A DNA stretch of 38,502 bases from Puniceicoccales bacterium (GTDB lineage: Bacteria; Verrucomicrobiota; Verrucomicrobiia; Opitutales; JAIRLM01). Under the pieces are notes generated by a model, which saw only the letters and a list, made by a program, of their open reading frames with translations, did not search any database and was not told where the DNA came from. Both the position numbers and the translations under genes were made by a program. Position 1 is the first letter of the stretch; each line of letters starts with the position of its first letter. The stretch is taken from NCBI GenBank assembly GCA_031281635.1, contig JAITFC010000101.1:1-38502 (forward strand), read 5' to 3'. Below are positions 16,709 to 25,418 of this stretch, piece by piece.

Positions 16709-17904
16709 GTTCCTGGATGTTGCACTATGCATGGCGCCAACTTTTCCCGCGCGGTGGTGGTTTGTTTTTTCCATTGGCAACGCTGGGAGTGGCTATGGGA
16801 GTAGCTGTGCTGGTGACAGTTCTGAGTATTATGGACGGTTTCCAGGACGAAATTCGCCGGCGCTTGCTGCTTTTTCACGGAGAGGTGGCCGTGTTGACCA
16901 ATGGTCCGTCGCTGCGGGAGGTGGATGCGGTGCGGAATGCGCTTGAGGCCGTTGAGGGGGTGGTCGCGGCTATCCCTTTCTACGAGACGTTCTTACTACT
17001 GGAACACGGAGGAAATTACGCATTTCCACTGGCCGTCGGGTTGGAGGAGGAGTGGACGGACGTCGCCGATTGGGCGGATGGTGCGGTGTCTCTTGGCGGG
17101 GATGTTGCTGAACAACTCATTGCAAGTGAAGGAGATGAATTACTTGCTCTTTCTCCAGCACAGGTGCTCAGCAATCTCGAGGGCGAAGAAAAAATTTTGC
17201 CGACGACTTTGCGAGTTGTGTCTGTGCCGTTGGCACGGAGGGATGGCTCGGACAGCCAGCGAGTTTTTTTGCCCATGGAAACGTTGTCTGCGCTTTGCCT
17301 GGAAGCCGGCACGGTGAGTGGCTTTGAGTTGCGCCTTTGCCGGGGGATGGATGCGGACGCGGTTGCGAAAAATTTGCGGGAACATGTTCTCGGTCCTGGT
17401 CTTCGTGCCATAACCTGGCGAGAGGCAAATCGTTCGTTGCTGTCTGCGTTGGCATTGGAACGGGCGGCCATGTTTTTTTCAATGGCATTTATCGTTGCCG
17501 TCGCCGCCTTTGCGATGGGGAGTTTTTTGTCGGCGCATACGGCTCGAAAAACGAAGGAAATGGGTCTTCTAGTCGCATTGGGCTGCACGCGCGTGCGCGT
17601 CGCCATCTGCTTTTTTCTCCAGAGCACCATTGTGGGACTTTGCGGAATTTTTGCTGGATTGGCTCTGGGAGCGACATTGCTCTTCTTTCGCGATCCAATT
17701 TTACGTCTTGTTATCGGAGTTTTTGGCCGCGAAGAACGCATTTTCGACTATTACAATTTCACCCAACTACCTATGGCCCTGCATGTTGGGGAAATTTTCA
17801 AAATCGTTGCATTCGCTCTGCTAACAGCCATCGCGGCTGGACTTTTGCCGGTTTTCCGCGTCCTTCGCCTCGATGCGTCCACTGCTCTGCGCCGGGAAAA
17901 TTGA
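16705..17904 (+). CDS. LolC/LolE-type lipoprotein-release ABC permease (MacB/FtsX fold)
   Basis: An N-terminal TM segment is followed by a periplasmic domain of about 200 aa. The C-terminus has three TM segments with an FtsX-like pattern (KEMGLLVALGCTR...). It is followed directly by a LolD-like ATPase. A TTG start at 16705 lies 7 nt after GGAGG; ATG 16717 is the alternative. Confidence 0.8.
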   Translation: MSSWMLHYAWRQLFPRGGGLFFPLATLGVAMGVAVLVTVLSIMDGFQDEIRRRLLLFHGEVAVLTNGPSLREVDAVRNALEAVEGVVAAIPFYETFLLLEHGGNYAFPLAVGLEEEWTDVADWADGAVSLGGDVAEQLIASEGDELLALSPAQVLSNLEGEEKILPTTLRVVSVPLARRDGSDSQRVFLPMETLSALCLEAGTVSGFELRLCRGMDADAVAKNLREHVLGPGLRAITWREANRSLLSALALERAAMFFSMAFIVAVAAFAMGSFLSAHTARKTKEMGLLVALGCTRVRVAICFFLQSTIVGLCGIFAGLALGATLLFFRDPILRLVIGVFGREERIFDYYNFTQLPMALHVGEIFKIVAFALLTAIAAGLLPVFRVLRLDASTALRREN

Positions 17905-17905
17905 T

Positions 17906-18574
17906 ATGTTACTGCAATTTCAAAATGTGTCATTGCGCTATCCATCTCCAGCGGAAGATGTTACTGTTTTTAATGGAATCAATTTTTCACTAAATGCCGG
18001 TGAGAGTTGCGCCATCATGGGTCAATCCGGCTGCGGAAAAACTTCTTTTTTGCATCTCGCTGGGGGGCTCCTAAGTCCCTCGGCTGGAGAAATTTCTTGG
18101 AGTGAGCACGGATCGGACCGCGTGAAAAACGGAAAGGAATTGCAGCGAGGAAAGTGGTTTGGCTTTGTGCTGCAACAACCTACACTTATGGATAGCATGA
18201 ATGTTTTCGAAAATGTTCTCTTCCCTTGGCGGGTGGTCGGAGATGGTCTCTCGCTCGCCGCGGCGAAAGGACGTGCCGAGGAACTCCTAGAGGCGGTTGG
18301 TTTGCTGGCTCGTCGCGATGCTACACCTTCGCAGTTGTCCGGCGGTGAGTGCCAACGAATTGCCATTGCGAGGGCTCTTCTGATGCGACCGCGCATCGTG
18401 ATCGCCGACGAACCAACGGGAAACCTCGATTTTAAAAATGCCAATGCCGTTGCCGAATTACTTTTCTCTCTCTGCCGCAATGGCAAATCTTCGCTGCTCC
18501 TCGCCACGCACAGCAGAGAACTTGCACAACACGCAGACCGCAGTGCTGTCATCGAAAACGGAAAATTCACCTAA
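17906..18574 (+). CDS. lolD: Lipoprotein-releasing system ATP-binding protein LolD-like ABC ATPase
   Basis: ATG 17906 lies 1 nt after the upstream stop. It has Walker A GQSGCGKTS, signature LSGGECQRIAIARAL and Walker B IVIADEPTGNLD. Confidence 0.85.
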   Translation: MLLQFQNVSLRYPSPAEDVTVFNGINFSLNAGESCAIMGQSGCGKTSFLHLAGGLLSPSAGEISWSEHGSDRVKNGKELQRGKWFGFVLQQPTLMDSMNVFENVLFPWRVVGDGLSLAAAKGRAEELLEAVGLLARRDATPSQLSGGECQRIAIARALLMRPRIVIADEPTGNLDFKNANAVAELLFSLCRNGKSSLLLATHSRELAQHADRSAVIENGKFT

Positions 18575-18674
18575 CGGCATGGATTTTGTGGAAAATTTAA
18601 GAAATTTAAAAAAAAATTTTTTCTATTGCATATCATTCGCAGAGATTCTAGCATGCGGGCCGCAGGGGGATAAA

Positions 18675-19196
18675 ATGGAAAGTAAACGTATCGCTGGATC
18701 CGTCTCGCCGAGGCAGAATTCCGAAAAAAAATTACTACCTGGAGAAGATATTGCGGGGCCGCAAGTACCTGGAGCGACGATGCCGATTCCGCAGGCTGTT
18801 ACCAATGGTGGGCCTCCATCGGCCAGACAGGTTTTGGGAATCGATGGGCCGAATTTGCGAAATACGGGAAAGGTGCCTGTCAGCAGCCAGCCGGCAGCAG
18901 GTTTTAATCCATTCGATCCGAATGGGCAGTCTCTGTTCATCCTGCCAAGAAGTCAAGGAGTGGCTTCGGACGCATCGAGCAATCCGTCGTCGCCCGCTAG
19001 TCAGGCAATCGTACAGGTTCCAAGAAAGTTGGCGGATGAAAATCAGGCGGGTAAACAGCTCCAGGGGGGAAAAAATGATCCGACCAGTCCGAATACGCCA
19101 CAGGCGGATCAGCAAATTACTTCCCACGCGGAACTGCAACCGGTGAGCAATCGACCGAACGTCTCTGAATTCAGTGGTGTACAAGGTCTTGCATAG
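18675..19196 (+). CDS. Hypothetical low-complexity (P/Q/S/N/G-rich) protein, 173 aa
   Basis: ATG 18675 follows GGGGGA. The earlier part of track ORF 18438.. overlaps lolD. No TM segment, signal peptide or motif was recognised, and the composition looks intrinsically disordered. Confidence 0.4.
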   Translation: MESKRIAGSVSPRQNSEKKLLPGEDIAGPQVPGATMPIPQAVTNGGPPSARQVLGIDGPNLRNTGKVPVSSQPAAGFNPFDPNGQSLFILPRSQGVASDASSNPSSPASQAIVQVPRKLADENQAGKQLQGGKNDPTSPNTPQADQQITSHAELQPVSNRPNVSEFSGVQGLA

Positions 19197-19199
19197 ATA

Positions 19200-20027
19200 T
19201 TACGGCTCCGTTTTATGTCCCATTGTTTCGAGTTCGAGCAGCACGGGTGCATGGTCGGAGCCGCCAATTTTAGGTAGAATTTCACAGCTGCGGACCTGTT
19301 TCATGAGACGCGAAGACGCGAGAAAGTAGTCGATTCTCCAGCCGATGTTTCTTTGCCTCGCGCCGGATCTATAAGACCACCAACTATATGCACCGGTCAA
19401 TGAGGGATGAAAATGCCTAAAAACATCCACAAAACCAGCGCGCAAGTGTCCGTCGAATCCTTCGCGCTCTTCGTCCGTATACCCGGCATAGCCGCGGTTG
19501 GCATCCGGGTAGGCTAGATCGATTGGTTTGTGAGCCACATTCAAATCTCCGCAGACAATGAGTGGTTTTTTTTCATCCAAAGAAAGGAGCATGGCGCGAA
19601 ATTCCGGATCCCATAAATTTTTGCGCAAAGGCAACCTAGCCAATGTTCCCTGGGCATTTGGAGTGTATACATTGACGAGATAAAATTCCTTAAAATCGGC
19701 CGCGATGATCCTGCCCTCCGCTGGGATCAAGAGCGATTCCGGAGCCGTTTGACAATCAATTGCGAGCGGACGAATTCGCGAAAACATCGCCGTCCCTGAA
19801 TATCCGCGACGAACGGCACCATTAAATGTGCGGAATTCGTAGGGAAGGCAGCTTAAATCCGGTACGGACGCATTATCCACCTTCGTCTCCTGCAGGCAGA
19901 GAATATCCGCGTTAACTTCCTCAACAAAAGAAATTAGTGTCTTTGAGAGAATCGATCTCAAACCATTGACATTCCAGGTAACAATGCGCACCGCCGCTGT
20001 TCGTAGGCCGAAACAGCTCCATGTCAA
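19200..20027 (-). CDS. xth: Exodeoxyribonuclease III (AP endonuclease, EEP fold)
   Basis: Motifs IVTWNVNGLRS, LCLQETK, GDLNVAH and GGSDHAPV are present. Confidence 0.9.
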   Translation of the reverse strand: MTWSCFGLRTAAVRIVTWNVNGLRSILSKTLISFVEEVNADILCLQETKVDNASVPDLSCLPYEFRTFNGAVRRGYSGTAMFSRIRPLAIDCQTAPESLLIPAEGRIIAADFKEFYLVNVYTPNAQGTLARLPLRKNLWDPEFRAMLLSLDEKKPLIVCGDLNVAHKPIDLAYPDANRGYAGYTDEEREGFDGHLRAGFVDVFRHFHPSLTGAYSWWSYRSGARQRNIGWRIDYFLASSRLMKQVRSCEILPKIGGSDHAPVLLELETMGHKTEP

Positions 20028-20069
20028 TGCAAAATTTCCATGACCGGCAACGTCGAGATAAAGTTAGTC

Positions 20070-21950
20070 CTAGGAGCCGATTGCAGATTCAACTGCATGC
20101 AAAATTGCGTCCGTTTTACCGCCCTTGCCATTTTCCGCACAAACAAAAAATTTCAACGTTGAAAAAATCGGCCGGCACGCATTTTCATCTTCCGCATTGC
20201 AGATGAGAGAAATTGTGGGAATTCCCAATGCATTCGCCATGTGCAACCCGGAGCAGTTTAAACCCACAGCGACGGCGCAATCTTCGAGCAACTGCGAAAG
20301 GCGCATGGTTGAAGTCAGTCCCACAAAATTTTCCACGCGATTTTGCGGTAAATTGCGACAAGCGTCCAAGGAAAACTTCCTGGCGGCACACGTGCCAAAA
20401 AGCAGCACTTTTCTCCGCTGATAACGTTCTAAAAGTGTGCGAGTCAGAACATTCCATTCTTCTGGCGGGTAGTAATTTTTGCATTCACTCTGCGCACTTA
20501 GAAAAATCGCGATGGACCGACCTTGCGAAGGATTCGGCAATGTACGAAGAGGTTCGAGGGAAAGTTCGGAGGGGAGACCAAACGGCTCCAGTGCTCTCTG
20601 CCAGCGCATTGCATCTGACAATTTTTCTTGACGCGAATTCCGCAATCGATGGGTGAGCAATAGGGACCTCAGCGGGCATTGCCAGCGGGAAAGGCCGATG
20701 CGTATGGGTGATCGCAGTAAAAATGCCTCCCAGGCGGCGCAAAACGTGCTAGGAAATATGAGGTGCATATCTGGTTCGCCGTAGCGCAGGTGCAAAAATC
20801 GCAGAAAATAAAAAAATTTGTGTTCCGGCAGCGGCCGCACCGTATCAGCCAACCCCAGCGATGCCAGCCATTCCGCATGTTCCAATTGGCAGAGCAGCGT
20901 AATGTGTAAATCAGCACGGCCCAAACGGATAGACCGCACAATAGGCAGCACTGCCACGGTGTCGGCAAGATGCGTTGGCAAACGAATGAACAATTTTGTC
21001 TCCCGGGGAAGTGTCGCCTTTTCTGTCCGATGTTCTTGATCTGCAAGATTATTCTTCCGAGAATGCAGAGAAAACCACTGCTTTTGCGGGCGCTTCCACC
21101 GATTGTGTGCCCAAAGCCAATTATCGCGAAAATTCACGTCGTCGCGCAATTTTTCTTCCAACCAGCCATTCATTTGCTCCAAAATATTCTGCGCCGTGCA
21201 GGGCATTTTTTCAACCGAGAGCGTGGCGCGCCAAAAATCTGTCCGTTTCACTGTCGCAATAAAAACTTCTGCGGGGGCATTTTTCAATAGAAATTGCGGC
21301 AAGGCCGTTGTTGCTGCAACACGTCCACAGAGAAGGGTTTGTACGCCGGACGCACCGGCACTTTGGTCAAACAGAAGACCGACACAGCCGCCACCGCGAA
21401 GAATGCGGATGGAATGGAATAGGCCGCTCTTGCGCGGGAGTAGACGGGTTCCAAAGCGCTCCCTTGTTCGCCGAATAAATTGTTCTAAACCTTTACTACG
21501 AAAAGGCCTATACAAAATATGCACGTGCGACCACTCCGGTGGGACGTCCCAAAAAAATGGCAGAATCGTCAGCGCCTCCGTCAGCGTTTGGTGCGGAATC
21601 AAAAGTATTTGCGGGTCAATGGAATGAACGATGGATCCCCAGGGACCTTCGGCTGTAAAATGCCTCCGCAGACGTTCCTTCGAAAAGTACGGCAAGGCGA
21701 GGGAAAATAAACCCATCTCCATGAGACGGTCCGCACTCCGACGACCGATGCGGCGCCGTTCCATTTCATCAAGGTGCGGATAGACGTGGCGCAAATTGCT
21801 GAGCAAAATTCGACGCCTCCGCAACGAAACATGGAAAAATAATCCACCCAATCTGCGGCAGAGAAATTGCACGACTCCCTCGGGAAGAATGGCCAAAAAT
21901 CGACCCATCGCGGAAAAGCAAAATGTAAACATACTGCCAAATGGCAGCAT
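20070..21950 (-). CDS. Fusion protein: LpxL/HtrB-type lipid A late acyltransferase (N-terminal) plus glycosyltransferase family 9, heptosyltransferase-like (C-terminal)
   Basis: The N-terminal half has LRRRRILLSNLRHVYP and the HX4E acyltransferase motif IPHQTLTEAL. The C-terminal half has TKLFIRLPTHLADTVAVLPIVRSIRL and GLNCSGLHMANALGIPTISL, matching the GT9 D/N-SG-x-xH-xA-xA-xG-xP motif. It is a single uninterrupted 626-codon ORF. Confidence 0.75.
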   Translation of the reverse strand: MLPFGSMFTFCFSAMGRFLAILPEGVVQFLCRRLGGLFFHVSLRRRRILLSNLRHVYPHLDEMERRRIGRRSADRLMEMGLFSLALPYFSKERLRRHFTAEGPWGSIVHSIDPQILLIPHQTLTEALTILPFFWDVPPEWSHVHILYRPFRSKGLEQFIRRTRERFGTRLLPRKSGLFHSIRILRGGGCVGLLFDQSAGASGVQTLLCGRVAATTALPQFLLKNAPAEVFIATVKRTDFWRATLSVEKMPCTAQNILEQMNGWLEEKLRDDVNFRDNWLWAHNRWKRPQKQWFSLHSRKNNLADQEHRTEKATLPRETKLFIRLPTHLADTVAVLPIVRSIRLGRADLHITLLCQLEHAEWLASLGLADTVRPLPEHKFFYFLRFLHLRYGEPDMHLIFPSTFCAAWEAFLLRSPIRIGLSRWQCPLRSLLLTHRLRNSRQEKLSDAMRWQRALEPFGLPSELSLEPLRTLPNPSQGRSIAIFLSAQSECKNYYPPEEWNVLTRTLLERYQRRKVLLFGTCAARKFSLDACRNLPQNRVENFVGLTSTMRLSQLLEDCAVAVGLNCSGLHMANALGIPTISLICNAEDENACRPIFSTLKFFVCAENGKGGKTDAILHAVESAIGS

Positions 21951-22128
21951 GAAACGTCATAAACTGCAACGCATTTCGAAAAATTTTCATAATTGATCCG
22001 TCGACTCACTGAGATTTTTTTAGCGCTGAGCTCAGCACAACAAATTTAAAGGGAAGGTCATAGGCGTCCTAATGACTGCTTCAAAAATCAACCGGCTGGA
22101 AAATTTTTTACAAAATTTTAAATTCCAC

Positions 22129-22157
22129 TTGCCCTTTGAGTGAATTCGTCGTAAAAT
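22129..22157 (+). promoter_or_regulatory. Putative promoter (TTGCCC-17 nt-TAAAAT) for the 22166 ORF
   Basis: Hexamers read by eye. ATG 22166 lies 8 nt after the -10 element, which is leaderless geometry. Confidence 0.3.
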
Positions 22158-22165
22158 ATCTTGTT

Positions 22166-23344
22166 ATGTTGCTTGGAATTCCTATTCGGGATCCATCGAA
22201 GCGCGTAGTCGCACCCGAAGTGCCAGGGAGACCGACCGTGGAGGAAATTGATGCCCAGAATTATGACGCGCGGTTACTGGACGTTGTCACGCTTTTGGAC
22301 GCCGCAAAAATGGATGGGGATGGGAATTTATACCTTCACAAAGAACAATGGGCGCAAATTTTAATGATGTGCGACATTGATCCAGATACAGCGAGGAGGA
22401 TAGTTTCGCATGTTTCCCTAAGCATAGGGGTTGCCCAAAATGCTATGTTTGTTATTGGATTGCTAGTGCCTAGTGTGGCAGCGGCAAATAAATTTGTCAG
22501 TACAATAATGCATATTGCAAACGTGATTACCGCTTATTTAAATCCTCGATTAGTGTTTGAAGCAACCGGGTATTTCCCTCATCCAGTGCCAATAAAAAAA
22601 ATGGATGAAATATACGGGCAATATGAGCTTTTAGTTCAACAACAGAGAATTGAAAAAGCAGCTCTTCTCCTATCGGCATTGGAAGCAAATATGCCGCATG
22701 TACTGCAAGGTAAAACCATTATTCAACGCCAAGACTTTGCAATGTATTTCGATAATGAACTGTACATATACATCAAAATGGAGAACCTCGACGATCGTTT
22801 GGAATTTGCAAATGGTGTCAGTAGCATGATAGTTCCTATGATTCCTAATGAATTGCGCATAAGAAAACTATCCTTAGCGCTCATGCCACTCTTTCGACGC
22901 GCTAGCCAGGATCAGGTGCCGATCGTATTGGTAGGTGCGGGGGCAAACGGATCGGTCGCACAGTTTTTTTCTCTTAAGTTCGGCTATCATGGCATTACCT
23001 TCAATTCCTATGGCACAAGCCCTGCGGAACAGAAATACCTTTCGCCGAAACGCATATCGCAAAATGCGTCATTGTTGTGTAATTTAGAATGGGGTCCCGA
23101 CAAAACGCCTATGCAGAAAGCTTATGAGTTGGCGGCGGTTCCATTGGCACTGGCTGGCTATATGTCGTGGACAGTTTTTGGCAACCGCTTCGAGGTTGGC
23201 GGTGCAATTCCGCATGACGTGGCGATGGACGGCACGAATACAAAAAGAATATTTACAGCAAGTGTACTGGCTGAAATTCTTGCAGCGAAGGAAAAAGCTT
23301 GGAATCCTCCCCTGTGTGAGCGTACAGATCCGAAGGACGATTAG
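22166..23344 (+). CDS. Hypothetical protein, possible alpha/beta-hydrolase (class-3-lipase-like) fold with a non-serine nucleophile elbow
   Basis: The first ATG is at 22166; the track uses TTG 22136. The segment IVLVGAGANGSVAQFFSLKFGYHGITFNSYG resembles the strand-elbow-helix of lipase-like hydrolases (..GHSLGGALA..), but Ser is replaced. The mid-gene is AT-rich: nt 22501-22560 give 19/60 G+C by hand count. Confidence 0.6.
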   Translation: MLLGIPIRDPSKRVVAPEVPGRPTVEEIDAQNYDARLLDVVTLLDAAKMDGDGNLYLHKEQWAQILMMCDIDPDTARRIVSHVSLSIGVAQNAMFVIGLLVPSVAAANKFVSTIMHIANVITAYLNPRLVFEATGYFPHPVPIKKMDEIYGQYELLVQQQRIEKAALLLSALEANMPHVLQGKTIIQRQDFAMYFDNELYIYIKMENLDDRLEFANGVSSMIVPMIPNELRIRKLSLALMPLFRRASQDQVPIVLVGAGANGSVAQFFSLKFGYHGITFNSYGTSPAEQKYLSPKRISQNASLLCNLEWGPDKTPMQKAYELAAVPLALAGYMSWTVFGNRFEVGGAIPHDVAMDGTNTKRIFTASVLAEILAAKEKAWNPPLCERTDPKDD

Positions 23345-23539
23345 GCAAGGGCAATCCAAGCAATAAGGGCGTTACGGCTGGTAAATTCTCATTGGAACGT
23401 ATCTTTTACTAATGTCTATGCCCGTACGGCCAAGCGCAGTAATTGGCCGCGCAATAACAGCAACGTTAAGGCAGGCAGCTATACCAACATTCGCATAAAA
23501 TTTCAAAAGTCGGCCTTGACATTCGGCGTCTTCTACCAT

Positions 23540-23842
23540 ATGCGCTACGCCATGGGAAAGATAGAAGCTGCAAAACCGTTGGCCGTGAACAAACAGCAGG
23601 TCGAGAGGGATCGGGACAATCCACCACCGAGAGTGTTTGATGCTGCGATGCAACAACAACTAGTGGCTGCTGTATCGCAGCAAGTCGCGGCAATGAGTAC
23701 AGCTATTGGTACGAATCGCAGGCAAGGAGGTATCTTCGGAATGGACCTCTGGACCTCCTGGTTAATGGTCGTGTTAGGGACCGGTTTAATAGGCTTTTTA
23801 ATAGGCTTTTCAATAAAACCGCTGATCCAGAGTCTCTCCTAG
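23540..23842 (+). CDS. Small hypothetical tail-anchored membrane protein
   Basis: The Gln/Ala-rich N-terminal part (MQQQLVAAVSQQVAAMS) is followed by a C-terminal TM segment LWTSWLMVVLGTGLIGFLIGF. The start is uncertain (TTG 23516, ATG 23540 or ATG 23552). Confidence 0.35.
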   Translation: MRYAMGKIEAAKPLAVNKQQVERDRDNPPPRVFDAAMQQQLVAAVSQQVAAMSTAIGTNRRQGGIFGMDLWTSWLMVVLGTGLIGFLIGFSIKPLIQSLS

Positions 23843-23846
23843 CAGT

Positions 23847-24071
23847 ATGAGAGACAACATTTGGATGTCGTCGCCATGGATGAAACCCATCATATTATCG
23901 GTCGAGATGGTGTTAATTTTTTTGTGCGGGATTATTTTCTTATGCTGTGCAGAATGCCCAGGCGCTAACTTGATGGCAAAGTCACGGCCACCATCGCAAA
24001 TATTTCCGAAAAAGTTAACAACGAGACCGGGTGAGGCTTTACAGGGAGATCTTGGAAGAACTGCCCGCTAA
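23847..24071 (+). CDS. Small hypothetical membrane protein (74 aa)
   Basis: It starts 4 nt after the previous stop and has one TM segment, IILSVEMVLIFLCGIIFLCCA. Its 3' end overlaps the helicase 3' end by 33 nt in convergent orientation, which lowers confidence. Confidence 0.25.
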   Translation: MRDNIWMSSPWMKPIILSVEMVLIFLCGIIFLCCAECPGANLMAKSRPPSQIFPKKLTTRPGEALQGDLGRTAR

Positions 24072-25349
24072 TTTTTCGTGAAATTCTACGACACGACTAT
24101 CGACCTTGACGTCGGATGGCCGCAGCGGCGCGGTGAGATAGATGGATTCCAGCGTGCGCGCACGACTCAATGCCACGTAGAGCTGTCCACAGGCAAAAAA
24201 ACGCCTATCATTTTGCACAACAATGGAGTCACAAGTTTTTCCCTGCGTTTTGTGCACAGTGAGCGCGTAGCCGAGCCGCAGGGGGATCTGCCGGTAGGTC
24301 CCCGTTGTGGCATATTCTTTGCTGTCGGGAATGAGGTGTGACCATTCGTGCACGCCGACTGAAAGAATCCTATTTTGCTGGCTACGCAACATGACGTCGA
24401 CGCTATCTTTATGCAGGCGAATCACTTTGCCGCCTGTGCCGTTGACCCATTCATTTCCCGTTGCATTGCAGGTAAATATTATCGACGCACCTTCTTTCAA
24501 TTCCAGCACTTCGGGACTTGGCAAATCGTCGCCATTAATTGCTTCGAATGTGCCTGTTTTTTTCCCCACGTAGCAATGAATAGCCCCCGGCAAGGCTTCC
24601 AGTTCCTCGCGATTTTTCCTCTCCGCCGACTCTCTGTACGGCGTGACGACGAGCGCTTCCTTCGGTGGCGGATCCGATCCGATGACGCGACTGTTCAGTT
24701 TTTCGATGATTCCGCGGTCGATTTTGCCTTCGCCAATTTTTGTCAATATGTCCCAAAATTCAACGGATTGCTGGCGGAACATTTTTGTGAGCTGGACCAC
24801 GGAAAGAGTTTGCCCGCGCAGGCACTTGGCGTCGAAAAAATGTGGATTTTCGCTGCCATAGCGCGTGAGAAAAAATTCCCCTTCTTCGCGGCGGACAATG
24901 GGAGGGAGTTGGTGGAAGTCGCCCACGAGGAGCAGGCAGATGCCGCCGAAAAAATCATCGCGCTTGCGCGCGCGCCGAGCCAGTGATTCCATGAGATCAA
25001 AGAGGTCCGGTCGCACCATGGAAATTTCGTCGATGACGAGATAATCGACATTTTTTAGCGCCCGCTCCGTCCTCTTGCGGAGGGTAAAGTGATCGAAATC
25101 GAAGTAGCCATCCTTGACCGGAGGGACTTGGAAAAGTGAATGGATTGTTACGGCTCCGGTGCCAACATTCATCGAAGCCATCCCGGTGGGCGCGACAACA
25201 GCGATGCGTCCCGGTAATGTAAATCGCACATGTCGAATGAACTCCGACTTTCCCGTTCCCGCTGCGCCGACAAGAAGAACGCTGCGCCCCATGAGCAATT
25301 CGGCGTAGGCTCGCTCCTGCTCCTCTGTCATTTTGAAGTGTTTGTTCAT
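24039..25349 (-). CDS. Pif1-family (RecD-like, SF1B) DNA helicase
   Basis: It has Walker A GAAGTGKS, Ia VVAPTGMAS and II YLVIDEISM. The Pif1 signature region is DLMESLARRARKRDDFFGGICLLLVGDFHQLPPI. It also has TVHKTQGKT and YVALSRARTLESIYL. Confidence 0.85.
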   Translation of the reverse strand: MNKHFKMTEEQERAYAELLMGRSVLLVGAAGTGKSEFIRHVRFTLPGRIAVVAPTGMASMNVGTGAVTIHSLFQVPPVKDGYFDFDHFTLRKRTERALKNVDYLVIDEISMVRPDLFDLMESLARRARKRDDFFGGICLLLVGDFHQLPPIVRREEGEFFLTRYGSENPHFFDAKCLRGQTLSVVQLTKMFRQQSVEFWDILTKIGEGKIDRGIIEKLNSRVIGSDPPPKEALVVTPYRESAERKNREELEALPGAIHCYVGKKTGTFEAINGDDLPSPEVLELKEGASIIFTCNATGNEWVNGTGGKVIRLHKDSVDVMLRSQQNRILSVGVHEWSHLIPDSKEYATTGTYRQIPLRLGYALTVHKTQGKTCDSIVVQNDRRFFACGQLYVALSRARTLESIYLTAPLRPSDVKVDSRVVEFHEKLAGSSSKISL

Positions 25350-25418
25350 CGTGAATTGGCCGATTTCTGTAGCAAAGTTTGGCGCATGGTTGCGGTTACA
25401 TTGTTTACAATAAGTGAG

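Noticed and set aside
23372-23659. A 95-aa minus-strand ORF between the lipase-like ORFan and the helicase
   Set aside because: It competes with the + strand tail-anchored ORF. It has no start context or motif, and I could not decide in its favour. The whole 23.35-24.04 kb stretch remains low-confidence.
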